DNA of 63,956 nt, counting the filler, from Collodictyon triciliatum (taxonomy: Eukaryota), in the NCBI GenBank assembly GCA_043381765.1. It is 6 parts of 6 records of this genome, joined end to end, with 100 filler letters (N's around TTAATTAATTAA, not from the genome) between each part and the next. Parts side by side here need not be neighbours in the genome. Positions count along the whole stretch, not along the records: positions 12,667 to 23,667 come from JBHJMP010002508.1; positions 23,768 to 33,628 come from JBHJMP010002510.1; positions 33,729 to 44,230 come from JBHJMP010002513.1; 3 more parts are not named here. One strand, written 5' to 3'. The notes beneath the pieces were generated by a model. It was not told where the DNA came from and ran no database searches. It saw only the letters and a list, made by a program, of their open reading frames with translations. Below, one piece after another: positions 23,239 through 40,886 of this stretch (positions within the stretch are counted from its first letter, which is position 1; every line of letters starts with the position of its first letter). Both the position numbers and the translations under genes were made by a program.

Positions 23239-23667
23239 ATGGCCGTGTGGAATCTCCCTGTGCGCCACACACTCGCGTTTGTCGGCTTCAACTTCCTGCT
23301 GAGCGGTTTCCACGAAGACATCGACCGCTTCTGGAGCGAGCATCCCTACTGGGAAAGGCGGGTGAGTTGCTAAGAAACGAAACGATTAAAATACTCTAGA
23401 AAAGAACAAACAAAAATGAAAAAAAAACCAAAAAAAACCAAAACCAAAAACAAAAACAAAAACAAAAAAATGCGAGACATAAAAAATACGTTGCGTTTGG
23501 CTCTTCTTCTTCCCTTGTTCTCTGCACTTTTCATAATACCTGGGTCAAAGTGAGGACGTGCTGCATGGATAAATCCTTCTCTGGTTTAGAGAGAGGCCAA
23601 GCGCTACGAACAAATGGTTGCCGAACTCTCCAAGCAGCTGGAGTCTCTGGATCAGGAGCGCGCCACT
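23239..23667 (+). CDS. Small uncharacterised protein, two exons visible, cut by sequence end
   Basis: ATG 23239 MAVWNLPVRHTLAFVGFNFLLSGFHEDIDRFWSEHPYWERR, GTGAGT donor, then in-phase REAKRYEQMVAELSKQLESLDQERAT; GC-rich codon usage. Confidence 0.65.
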
Positions 23668-23767
23668 NNNNNNNNNNNNNNNNNNNNNNNNNNNNNNNNN
23701 NNNNNNNNNNNTTAATTAATTAANNNNNNNNNNNNNNNNNNNNNNNNNNNNNNNNNNNNNNNNNNNN
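23668..23767. other. Artificial contig spacer
   Basis: 44 N + TTAATTAATTAA + 44 N. Confidence 0.97.
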
Positions 23768-23975
23768 TTATTTGTTTATTTGTTTATTTGTTTATTTGTT
23801 TATTTGTTTATTTGTTTATTTGTTTATTTGTTTATTTGTTTATTTGTTTATTTGTTTATTTGTTTATTGGTTTATTTGTTTATTGGTTTATTTGTTTATT
23901 GGTTTATTGGTTTATTGGTTTATTGGTTTATTGGTTTATTTGTTTATTTGTTTATTTGTTTATTTGTTTATTTGT
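23768..23975. repeat. (TTTATTTG/TTTATTGG)n octamer tract
   Basis: Read directly. Confidence 0.93.
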
Positions 23976-24548
23976 TTGTTTGTATATTTGTTTATTTGTA
24001 TATTTGTTATTTTATTATTCTTTCCACGCCTCACAAGCGGGAGTCTTTATTTGATGTTCCTCTGTCCGAGGCCGCCGCCCCAGAACCAAGTCGGCTGCCG
24101 TGTGGATTTTGGCAATGGCGAAGACAAACCGCGCATCTGCTGTTCTGAGCGACACACGATTAATCTAAACAGAAAACCCAACAAAACAGCGCACACCACA
24201 GAAACAAGTCGCGGCTTTCTCTCCTTTTGCGTGTACACATACCATCTTAAGAAACAAACAAACAAACAAACAAACAAACAAACAAACAAACAAACAAACA
24301 AACAAACAAACAAACAAACTAAAGCATGAGTAAAGAGGAAATGAAGAAAAAAGGGGATGAATGTTTAAAAAAAAAAGTATATAGAGAAAAAAATTAAAAA
24401 CAAGAAATAAGAAAAGCGAAAGAGAGGAAGAAGTGAGAGCACGACCGTTTTATTGGCTGGCTGGGCTCTTCTTTGTTCGAGGCAAGAAGGCAGCACCACT
24501 TACTCAGCCACTTTATCTTGCAAAAGAAAGCAGCCAAAGAGACCTGTC

Positions 24549-24721
24549 ATGACCGAAGTGCAGCCGGCTGGCGTGGCGATGGAAATACCAACCCAGGCTG
24601 AGGCACAGCCAACAGCCCAGCCAAAAAATGAAGATGGCAAAGTTCGCATATTGGGCGGTGTGTTTGTCATTGCAGTGCTTGGGCTGGTCTATGTTTTACA
24701 GCAAATGCCACAGTTTGACGA
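24549..24721 (+). CDS. First exon of a TMEM41/VTT-domain family membrane protein; the rest is not present downstream
   Basis: MTEVQP...VRILGGVFVIAVLGLVYVLQQMPQFD then GTATGC donor; a TM helix followed by xxMPQ(L/F)xE resembles the TMEM41A/B N-terminus. Confidence 0.55.
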
Positions 24722-24897
24722 GTATGCTTTTATTTTCTAATATCTTTTATCTTTATTGTAATTGCTGTTATTACTATTATTACTATTATTACTATTATTA
24801 CTATTATTACTATTATTACTATTATTACTATTATTACTNNNNNNNNNNNNNNNNNNNNNNNNNNNNNNNNNNNNNNNNNNNNNNNNNNNNNNNNNNN

Positions 24898-24937
<40 letters not shown>

Positions 24938-24998
24938 TGATTGTCAATCTTGATTTTTTCTTATCTTCGTGAATTGCTTTTATAGAATAAATACTCAC

Positions 24999-25633
24999 TT
25001 TCTCCTTAGATAAAAGTAAATCACAAAAGTGGTCCCTCCAAGAATGGAATGCAGTATTACTGCATTTAATTTGTCTTTAAGAGTGTACACTAGAATGAAA
25101 AGGCTATACAGCGACGGGATGATGAGACAGAAAGCCTTGTGAGTGCTGATGGAGCCGTAGAAATACTTCACGAAAAACTCCTCCTCGATATGTTTGTCCT
25201 AGATTTAAACGACCATATCACTCATACTGAAATAAGAATCGCTCTTATATTTTCTTTTATTTTTTGACTTCACTAGAACATAATGGAGCAAAACTGAAGA
25301 ATTAATAATAATAAAAAACCGAGTTCAAAATGAAAAAGAGAAATATGGTTTTCAATTGCAAAGTACACTCAGGTGGCATAGCCGACTTACCAAAAAGCTC
25401 AGCCACCCGTCCATCTTGTACTTGGCCTTTATCTCCTCGGATATGGCTTCTTCATTGCTTCCTGAAGGGCTCCTGTTCCACATCGACGACAAGTCAGCGA
25501 CGTCAAGCCCCCCTGTGATGGAGCTCGACAGAGACATTCTGCGTGGGTCCCAGTCTTCTTTGTTGATTCGCTTTTCCTGGTCATACACGCCAATCTCTTC
25601 CACATGGCTTTCGTCCATCTCTTGCTTCTTCAT
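24999..25633 (-). CDS. 5' two exons of a multi-pass membrane protein (possible membrane cyclase or sensor), truncated at the N gap
   Basis: Exon 1 MKKQEM...DGWLSFL/GTAAGT splices in phase to DKHIEEEFFVKYF...AFCLIIPSLYSLFILVY...ILHSILGGTTFVIYFYL/GTGAGT; LxFxDxxxExxF precedes the TM helices. Confidence 0.6.
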
Positions 25634-27504
25634 ATCTTAAGTCCGTGAACTATGTATACAGGAAAAGAAAAAGAAAAGAAAAGAAAAGAAAAGAAAAGAA
25701 AAGAAAAGAAAAGAAAAGAAAAGAAAAGAAAAGAAAAGAAAAGAAAAGAAAAGAAAAGGTTGTGCATCAAAATAGTAGTCATGTGTTGGGGTGCGCGTGT
25801 TTTCATGTTTTTTGAGGGGTCAATGTTTGTAACACAGGAAGAATATTAAGTGGTTAGCTCGTGTTGCATTCTAACAATAAATGGGTTATAACAAAAAAAA
25901 AAAATGGCGGTTTTATTATTTCTTAACTATCACGTGTCGTTGAGCAAGGAACCTTCGAATCATGAAAATAACAGGATTGTATAAGAGATGGTATCACATT
26001 ACATATTCGCAAAGGTGATAAGATATGTGAAGTAGTGAATGTATGTCTGTCTATCGAGATTGTGGCATAGAAGCGAAATAAGAGAACTCCGGTAGTAAGG
26101 AGGTGGAGTCAAAGAGAACAAGGAAACGGTGAGGACGATTTTCACGAAAAAGACTTATTCTATGACTCATAAGTTTTAGTTGGTTTGGGTCTCTAGACAA
26201 CTAAACCATAGTCTGTGGCAAATATAAAAGACATAAAAGAAATCGAGAAAGCTAATAGACAACAGAATAAAGAGTTTTAGAGACAAAGAGGAACAAAGAG
26301 GAACAAAGAGGAACAAAGAGGAACAAAGAAAAACAGAAAATATAATGTGGCATCTTATCTGATTGGGGCTGGTTATATGACTAGTAATGTAGCAAAGAAG
26401 AGTTTCAAATTATAGTTGACTTGTAGGGAGGTTTTGCCAGCGGGCATAAGAGAAACAAAACCTTGAAGAAGCTTATTAAAAGAAAGTTTGTTTTGATATG
26501 TGAATTGAATATCACTAAAAACTTCTACGATTCGTTACTAATAGAAGCTTTTTGACTCGATTCATGAGAGCCGACCGTTTGCCCAGCAAAATATAGACCA
26601 AAAAAATCTCGTGAAAAAAAAAATTATGTTTCGCAGAATCTCGACCGCTTTCGATTGTAGTGAGTATGTGCGAAGCTATAAGAAATTTTGTGGAATTGAA
26701 CTCTTGAACTTATTTCCTGGGAGGAGGAAGAAACACGCGTGACAGACCAATTTTCATAGCGACTTTCTTCTCCAAGAAATCTGCACTTCTGGGGAAATTC
26801 GCAAGTAACCAACCCAACCGCTCCGCATTTCAAAACTGTCAATAAGTCGCATCGATTTATGGAAGACAGGGTTTCAAAATACAAATTCGCATCCTTCGAC
26901 ATAATTCGACAAATGGGAATATTTGCATTCCAATGAAATCGGTTATAGAGCAGTACCCAATGGTCTTTTTCCTTGAAATGCCGTTACTAATCACTGAATA
27001 TGAATGGAAAAATGCTATATTAAGAAAAAGATTCAGCTGTCCTGTTTTGGATCTTGGCAGCTGTCAATTCGATTTATTGGGAAAGTCGTTTTTGAAGTAA
27101 GAGTGGAACTTTTCCTGACTCGTTGGGTATTCATAGTATGGATAGGGTTCATACTTGCGAAGATAGCGTCTTGTATTTTTAATGGAATATTAACATAATA
27201 AACTTTATTCATATTATATGATCAAAACTAATCCATAGCTTCGGGTCAATAGCGATTATAGTATATTATCCAGATAAAGATGAAGGGCAGAAAGTGTGTC
27301 GTTGGTCGTGTCGCTGCCACAGCAATAGATGAGGGCCGTTGTCGGGTGCGCCGTGGAAAACTTAATCGAACTGCAGGCCTCAAATTCTCATGCAAAGTGC
27401 ATTAACTCCTCTTTAAAACTCTTTGGATTGAATAAAGGGGAAAAGAAACTTCTATCTAAAACTCGTGGTCTAGTCCGTAATCTCTTGCTCGTCACATGCA
27501 GATG

Positions 27505-27765
27505 TTAAGTGTATAATGGCCAGTGACTTTGGTTTTTATATATCACCAAGGCGATGATGAAGAGAGGCAGGGTTACCCAGAAATACACATGAGCTTCAGA
27601 ATGGTGGGTTCCAGATGGAGCGGCGCCGAGTATCAGGCAATACATGAAGCAGCAGCAACACATGAAAATGGTCTCTAAAGCCACTAGGCAGGTTAAACAA
27701 TCTACCAGAAATACCAAATAGAAAAATTATGGACCTAGGTAAGCCTGATTTTCTGTACGTGGCGC
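27505..27765 (-). CDS. Possible 3' exons of a small two-TM, Cys-rich protein
   Basis: RAPRTENQAYL/DCLTCLVALETIFMCCCCFMYCLILG...VYFWVTLPLFIIALVIY...* with plausible GT-AG joins; no family recognised. Confidence 0.3.
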
Positions 27766-28240
27766 TCTGAACGGGCGCAGTACAAATATAAAAGGAAAAG
27801 CAATTGTTCGAATCCCATAAAATACTATTGTACTTGTGATTAGTTTATTTACATAGAAACATCTTTGCATGGGAATATAAACAAACAGATATTCGAGGCC
27901 TCTCTCTTTTTTTTTTCTTTTGCAAATCTGATGAAGGTGGTAGCACCCTCTCCTGAAATAACTATATTCTTTACAGAGATAGAGGCACTCACAAAATGCA
28001 CTCCACCTACCCAACCCCTTAACTTCCGGGTTAACTAAACTCTGAAATTCAAAGGTGAAGCTTCCCTGATGTCACTGGATGTTGTACGCGTAATAATACT
28101 AGCATTATTCACCGTTTGTTCCGTAAAGAATAAACGCTTGTAAGTTAGACATGGTAAGTGTAAGTCTAGGTAAACTCTGGAGCAGATACGTAAAACGAAA
28201 ACATTCATTTTTTTCTCTCCATTGAGCATAACTGCTTGAT

Positions 28241-33213
<4,973 letters not shown>

Positions 33214-33330
33214 CTAAAAATTAATAATACAAAAATTAATCATTTGAGAGTAAAGTGAGTTCCAATAGGCTGACTCAACCGTGCCTTTTCTCTGGAATTT
33301 CTGGGGACTAGTATATTTCATAGATTCGAC

Positions 33331-33333
33331 AAA

Positions 33334-33404
<71 letters not shown>

Positions 33405-33628
33405 GAGAAGAAAAGACGAAAAGACGAAAAGACGAAAAGACGAAAAGACGAAAAGACGAAAAGACGAAAAGACGAAAAGACGAAAAGACGAAAAGACGAA
33501 AAGAAGAAAAGAAGAAAAGAAGAAAAGAAGAAAAAGAAGAAAAAGAAGAAAAAGAAGAAAAAGAAGAAAAAGAAGAAAAAGAAGAAAAGAAGAAAAAGAA
33601 AAAGAAGAAAAGAAAAGAAAAAAAGAAA
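33331..33628. repeat. Compound (AAAT)n-(GAAAAGAC)n-purine tract at a sequence end
   Basis: Read directly. Confidence 0.93.
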
Positions 33629-33728
33629 NNNNNNNNNNNNNNNNNNNNNNNNNNNNNNNNNNNNNNNNNNNNTTAATTAATTAANNNNNNNNNNNNNNNN
33701 NNNNNNNNNNNNNNNNNNNNNNNNNNNN
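33629..33728. other. Artificial contig spacer
   Basis: 44 N + TTAATTAATTAA + 44 N. Confidence 0.97.
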
Positions 33729-33780
33729 AAGAAGACCAAACACACTAGAAAAAAAAAAAAAATTATAAAAAAAAAAAAAA

Positions 33781-33811
<31 letters not shown>

Positions 33812-33897
33812 AATGACTATTTGAATGAGAGGGAACCCATCAAATAAATCCAATGTGATTATTATATTATCTTGAAAATCCAGTTCTCTGAAATTAC

Positions 33898-35330
33898 CGT
33901 CAGAGAATGATTTGTGATGGACCATTCTTCCAATCAATGTGCAAATTGCTGCTGATGTTTCATTGCACCATTTTCTATTATAAAATCGCCTGCAAGTTAA
34001 ATCAAATCCTATGAAAAAAACGGCATACAAAATTTTGGTCGAAAATTTAAAATCACGGGTAAGTTCTCAGTGCTTGTGTTAGTAGATCAACCAGCGTGTA
34101 CATCAACTGAGAGAAAACGTGATGATGCCTTGAAGTGGTGTAGAGTATTAGCAAATAGCTATCTTTGTATTCAACAGGGCAAATGCAATAAAAATGAAAA
34201 GATGAGATTTTTTGGTCAACAAGTTAGATTTAAAATGTTTTCTTCAACATATATATATATATATCAAAAAATCACCCAATAAATTGAGCATAGACACTCA
34301 AGCACACATTCAGCAGTTTTGCCCAACTCTTAAATGCCTCCGTCTATGCGAGAGAGAAAAAAATATCATCTGTAAGGCAAATTATACAATAGAACAGAGG
34401 AGAAGAAATAAAGAAAAGAAGATTTTTTTTCGTTTTCATCAAATAAAAGGCTAAAACTATACGGCATAGTAGTTGCATTTCCTATTCACGTTGGTTTCGT
34501 TTAATGTATTCAAAATAGTTTCAATCTACGAATTAGAATTAAATTAATTTCAGTACAATCGTGTGCTGACCAAACCCAGGTGACATAATATCAATTATTT
34601 TCGGTTGAGAAATTTAATATTCAGACAAACATGGCCCTTAAGGAACTCTTTCTCGCTTGGTAAAGTAGATTGCTCATAGTAGTGGAGTATATTGAAGGAC
34701 TTTTATAGAAGTAAAAGGAAGTTAAAAATGAATAAAGAAAAATGCAAAGAAAGATGGTACCAATTTAAAAGCGATTGCTTTTTTGTCGTACAAACGGAAT
34801 CCATCTCTAGTCGTGGAGAGATACTCCTATACCAAAGAAATGATGAAATAAAAAGCGAAATGAGTATTATATGCGTTTTTGAGATGTTTAAAAATGTAAG
34901 TAGTTAATTGAAAAAATAATTAAAATTAAAAAAAAGAAGACACTATTGATCAAAATTGTAGTCATTTCTTATTTGTTTACATCGAATGGAATGAGAAAAA
35001 TTTCTCTATTAGGCGTGGCATGTATATCTGGCTTGTACTCCAAAACCATGTTTACTGGCATCTTGTGGAGGATAACTTCATAAAAAAAAATCCACAGATT
35101 AGGAATGTGACGATTCACCAACATTTTTTTTCCTTTATTAAAGCCTATCACCAACAAAAAACCATAAAAAAATGATTAAAAAAAAAACACCATAGATTTA
35201 AAAAAAATATGCAAAAGGTGTGTCTGTTTTGACCTCGGTAAAGTCTGAGAAGAATTGGATCTTGGTGATCGGTTAGATGGAGCGCTATTTTAGGATGAAA
35301 ATTTGTAAGTGATGTCGAGGACAGAGTCAT
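33898..35330 (-). CDS. Divergent NCKAP1/NAP1/Hem family protein, N-terminal exons only (runs off the sequence piece)
   Basis: Spliced translation LTDHQDPILLRLY vs NCKAP1 LNDRGVGMLTRLY; VILHKMP vs FIVRKFP; YLSTTRDGFRLYDKKQSLLN vs [27 protein letters not shown] vs DREYPRL; same order and spacing. Confidence 0.72.
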
Positions 35331-35505
35331 TTTTCAAGAAAAAATATGCATAAAAAAGCATGGTTCAAGTGTTGCTTATGGTATGTAAGAGAAATGTTTA
35401 CATTCAGCAATACCAACAAATTGCTTGGAGTAGCTATTTTGCGTTTCTTTGACCGCAACAAGTGAAAACTGTATTTTCATACTAAAGTTAACAGGAAACA
35501 TTCAA

Positions 35506-38500
35506 CTACGTGGCACAATCATAGAAATATCTTAAATATGACAGGTGATAGATTGAGGAGCGAACCATGATGAACCAATGCATGAAAGCAAAGTAATCTG
35601 CGCTTTCCTCGTGCGATTCCAGCTTTGAGATAGTTTCTATTAGATCGTCTAAAACAAAGAGAAACGAAAACATCAATTAGTGCATTTTTTTTCTCCGATC
35701 AAAGTGCTCTTATACACGCAATAAATGTGCGTGTGTCAAAGAGTCTAACCTTGAAATTCTTCGATGGTTTCCTTTATGTGTTTGGTTGTGATATTTTGTG
35801 GATTTCCGGATATGATAAGATAAAGAACATGGTATGCAACCGACAGTATTTCCAACGGGAGCCTAGCGAGTGAGAAATAAAGCATTGCAGAAAAACATCC
35901 AATTAGAGATTTGTAAACAGTGAGTTTAGTCTTACGTAATCTATTACATATATTGCTTTGGAAAGAATTGTGAATTGAGATGGTATATTAACTTACCCGC
36001 TATATCTTATGTATCGGTTTTGAAATATACCAGTGATGTCAACCCCATCTTTATATTTTGGTTCAAACACAGCCTGTTGTTGTTGTTTTGTTTATTTATT
36101 TTTTTTTAAAAAAAAAAAGGGACTGTTTTACAACGAATTGATTATATAAAATACTCAAATACTTGACAAAAGTAAGCCCAAAAAAAATGGCTCATACTTG
36201 GGACAGAGTTCTTTCTGTGAGCATAAAATTACTGACGAATATGTTCAGCAGAATAAGCGTCTTATCCCTAATATATGGGCAAAAAATTAGGGAAAATAAA
36301 TAGAAAATATCATACCATCTTCCACACAAATATGGTAATCAATTATCAGGCCACTTCACTCTATTCCTTGTACTTACAAAGACATGTGAGTCAAATCTCT
36401 TCTCGAGTGCCACGCTTTCTTTGCGTTTGTTTCAAAGGACACTCTGTCCTCTGAAAAAAGAAACAAAAATTATTTGAATAACAGAATTTCAACAGAACTC
36501 ATCAAATTAATCAATTAAACAGTATTCATTCTTTTTTTTAAAAAAAAAAATTTGAAATTTCAGAATACCTATCTCCAGCTCGATTATATCACGAATCATG
36601 CTTTGAAAGTCGTACATGCGGCTATCATTTCCCTTGCGAGACTTGGGAGCAACATCTAGAATAGAAAGTACAGCAGCACGTAACTCCTACAAACAGAATA
36701 CCGGTTGTTGTTGTTTTTTTGTTTGTTTTTAGCAGAGAAATGAAACACTTTGTTAAATTCAAGTCATATAATATGATATGTAATGGCAAGATTTGAAAAG
36801 AATTATACATATATTAAATATGTAGATATGTGAGCTTGTTCTAATAGACATCGGATACCTTCTTCGATTGGATAAAACTCAAATTTTGGAGCCCTGCGAC
36901 TTGTATCATCGGACAAAAGTCGCACTATTTTTTAAATAATTTTTGAAGAAAAAAAAAAGGATTGCATAAATATTGCATCTTCGATGTCACAGTACGTTAA
37001 TGATTTTTTTAAAAAAAAGTGAGTTTCTGTTCATCTTTTCTCAGAGAAACAAACCATGCAATAGTCGATAATGGCACCAGGATCTGCCTATCAATATTTG
37101 TTTGATAAAAAAAAAAAAGAAGTAATATTATCAGTTTATTCGATAGGATTGTAAGATTGTACGCATATACTGCTAAGAATGGGCGCTTACTATTTCATTC
37201 ACAAAAGACTGGTCCGTCTTCAAATTGATCTGCTCTCCTTTGATGAATAGTATATGTACAAGCTAGTAGAGAAAAAAGGATAAGATTCCTGGATTTACAT
37301 TACAAGTTTCGGTAGAAAAAAAATGAACATGCTCTTTATAAGAAGTTACCTTGAGGCAATAACAAATGGCCTCTTCAATCAAGAAACCGTTCTCGCTGAC
37401 TTCAACCATGGTACACAGTTTGACATTCCTATGATTCACGGTGCATTTGTATTCGGGCCAAGGGTCATCAAGCAATTCTTTCATATAGGTGGTTAGAGGG
37501 TGGATTGAGTCCAATTCTCGTCCAATGAGTTGTCCAAGGAAAGACAACGAAGGATGCTCATCAAATTTATCAAGAGCCTGTGAGAATACATAAAATGAAG
37601 AATTAGAGTGTGCAAAGGAAAATACTAAATCTGTTATTGGTGGTTAATACTCACAAAGTAGAGAAGCCTAAGGCAACCAATGAGTAAACTCCAATTCATC
37701 ACGTCTAAATCACCACTCCTCCTCTTTAGATGGCGACTTTTTGGAATGAGCTGCATTATGATATATATAGGAAGATTCGTTGAGATGCATTTGGTTTTAA
37801 TTAGATATTATCGTGTGTATTTTGACTGAGACTGTATATGAATTGGAAAGATAAACTACATCGCGCACAACGAAGGAGACGAATGCACCAAGTTCCTCCC
37901 GCTGATACTCAAAGTTGATTGATGTGTGCTCTACCAACTGGTAGTAAATGGCATCTTAATGCATAAATTTGGTATCAAAATGACGATATCTTATTTTCGA
38001 TTTGAAATCATACTGAAGATATTGTCATGACAAAGGCAGCCAGCTCCTCAACTTGAATTGATTCCGAGTCTGCCGAGTATACATCAATGACTAATGGAGT
38101 AAATAGTATGAAATTAGAAAAAGACATTTAAACGATACAGGTACAAAAAGACCCAGCTTTATATGAAATGAAGCCAATAAATGTTTAAATACTTGAGCTA
38201 TGGAACTGACAGCAAGAGTTTGTATGAAAATAAACCTGACTTGATGATTCCAAACTCTCTGATAACGGACCAAATCTAGCATAATCGCAATCTTTTTAGT
38301 TTTTTTTTTTTAAGATGAAGGCAGATGCGTTCGGCCCAGATGTGGAGAATTGTATGTCAATACGAATGGTACACGAATGGTCTAAGGTGGTAACCTGATT
38401 GGCGAACAGAGGAACTTTGCTCATTTGGGTAAATGCAGACCATATTTCACTCTTCATCTCAGAACTAGATATTTTAAGGAATTTTTTTAAAAAAAAAACA

Positions 38501-40724
38501 ATGTACATAATGGATTTGATTGCCAAAAAATTAAAAAAAAATAGGAACGAGGCAAGCTCAACCTAGACTTTCTAAAATACAGTTTCTTCAAGGTAAGTAT
38601 GGCAGAATAATATTTTGATTGATATGGTTTCACATCAAATAAAAGGAGAAAAGAAGCTCAACACACAAACCTGACATTCGGGTATGGGAGAAAACTACCC
38701 AGCAAGATAACAAAATTCCTGTCTGAAAACCACTGGGAGTTTCGTTCGGCGATGAAGCACTAAGAAAGAAACGATTAAAAAGTAAAACACTATAATAGGT
38801 TACAATTATTTCAAAATACTATGTTTATTGTCTATCCTTTATTGGTACCAGGTACATTTATTAATTGAATTTTTAAGGCAGTACATTACCTTCTCAGCAA
38901 TTTCTACGAGTCCTGCGAGGTTAGAAAAGTCGTCAATATCAATGATTCTGCCAGAATCCTACATGCAAGAGGATATTAGTATTTTGGTTTTTTTTTTTTT
39001 GGATTTGCTTATCTATTAAGGAGAAACGACGTTTTAGCAAATACAATCAGTATATTCTAAAAATTAGTCCCAAACAGTTTCAAGTTGTTCTTGGTAATAA
39101 ACCAATGTAGAAAATATCGCATCTGCAGATAGTTGCATTCTATTAAGAACAATTTTGATTGCAGAGTTCTCTTCTGGGTCACCAAAGCCGATCAATCCAC
39201 AAAACTTTATACAAGATGATTAAATTAGTTAACGTTTATTTAATGATGCAGAATAATCATGCAATAGCCATTACTATCATAAAATTAGTCATTTACGGAA
39301 CTTACTGAGGCATAATTATCGTCATCTCGCATGGGAGCTCCTCGCAGCATCGATATTAAAAGCGAACAATAATACTTGTGAAAGACCCTTTAGAGTTTTT
39401 CGTTAATTTTCGTATTTTATGTACTCTGTTACATTTAAAGAAATATGGCTGAAAAGTTTACATCTACGGATTCATTAAACAATGTATATGATATATATAA
39501 TTACATGGAATACTGGTCAGAGTCTTTTGGTTACAGAGCATTTAGTTTGATTAGAATTAAAATAGAAAATTGCACCTGATTAGTGTATGAGAATAGATGT
39601 ACAGTAGATATAAAAGATAGAGAAAGGAAACTATGACGAACAACGAAACAAATTAAGAATAAAAGAAGTTCATTTTTGCTTAGACGACTGAAATAACTTG
39701 ATATATTCAGCAACCTTCTTTAAAAAATTTCAAGAGAAGGGGGACGTGGCTGGTATCTGTGGCTGTGGGGATGAATGATAATGGCTCAGATGCGTGCTGT
39801 TATGAAAGAAAAGGTTAAACATTACAATCGTAAGAAACAAAGCATCTTTGGGATTTACCATGGTGATATTCAATAATTTAAAATGTAATACCATGTTAGC
39901 CGCTGCGATAAATTGAATAATTTGGGTCATAGTATCGAATAGTTCCTTGGTAATGTTAAGTTGATTAAGGTGATTCCTTTGAATGCAAACAAATTCTTTG
40001 GTAGGTGTTTGATGTCTTTGCGTTGCTAAATTTTTTCATTTATTCACTTGTTTGTTTCTGATTACCTGGCAGTCAAACTGAATTGGTATTTCGATGATAT
40101 CAGGCGGATTTTTGCAATAACGAAAAGATTTGCGTCGCAAATCAGCTATTTCCTGCGATAGATGTAAATTGATTGTCCTTTCTAATATGTCTTTGTGATT
40201 TATCAACACATTTTTAATTTGATTTCAAGGAATGAATGGATGCAATGACATATCATATGGATTGCACATTAATGTTTATTATTTTTATTTTTATTTCCCT
40301 GTTTTATGAATTATGTTTCCTACAAATTATAACGTTAAAAGGAGATATACCTGCTCGTATTTCCGGAGAAAAATGCGTACAAGCTTGCAGTAGTCGTTGT
40401 ATGTGTCATCCATGTTGATAAAATAGAATGCCTTCATCTTCATTATATTGATAAAGTAATGAAGCCCCTATTTTAAAGCATAATGGGATAAACACAGGGG
40501 GAGATAAACGACTGTGCATTCGAATTTTGATCAACTTGGTGAGATAACTCAGAATGTAAAGCTTACCCGAACGATTTCACTAAATGACTCTTGTTTTTTC
40601 TAAAATTCATACATTGAAAATGAAAAACATATGAATGAAAAAATTGTGAATGTGGGCCTTTTTTGTAAAAAAGAAGGCAATAGAACAGTAGACAAATTGG
40701 GATGGTCCATGAGTAATTATCAAT

Positions 40725-40820
<96 letters not shown>

Positions 40821-40825
40821 AGAAA

Positions 40826-40886
<61 letters not shown>

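Noticed and set aside
24020-24240. GC-rich patch as the continuation of the minus-strand membrane gene
   Set aside because: The phase-compatible frame gives no TM or recognisable sequence; more likely the 5' region of another gene.
26624-26902. 92-aa minus-strand ORF
   Set aside because: No recognisable motif and no consistent exon chain found.
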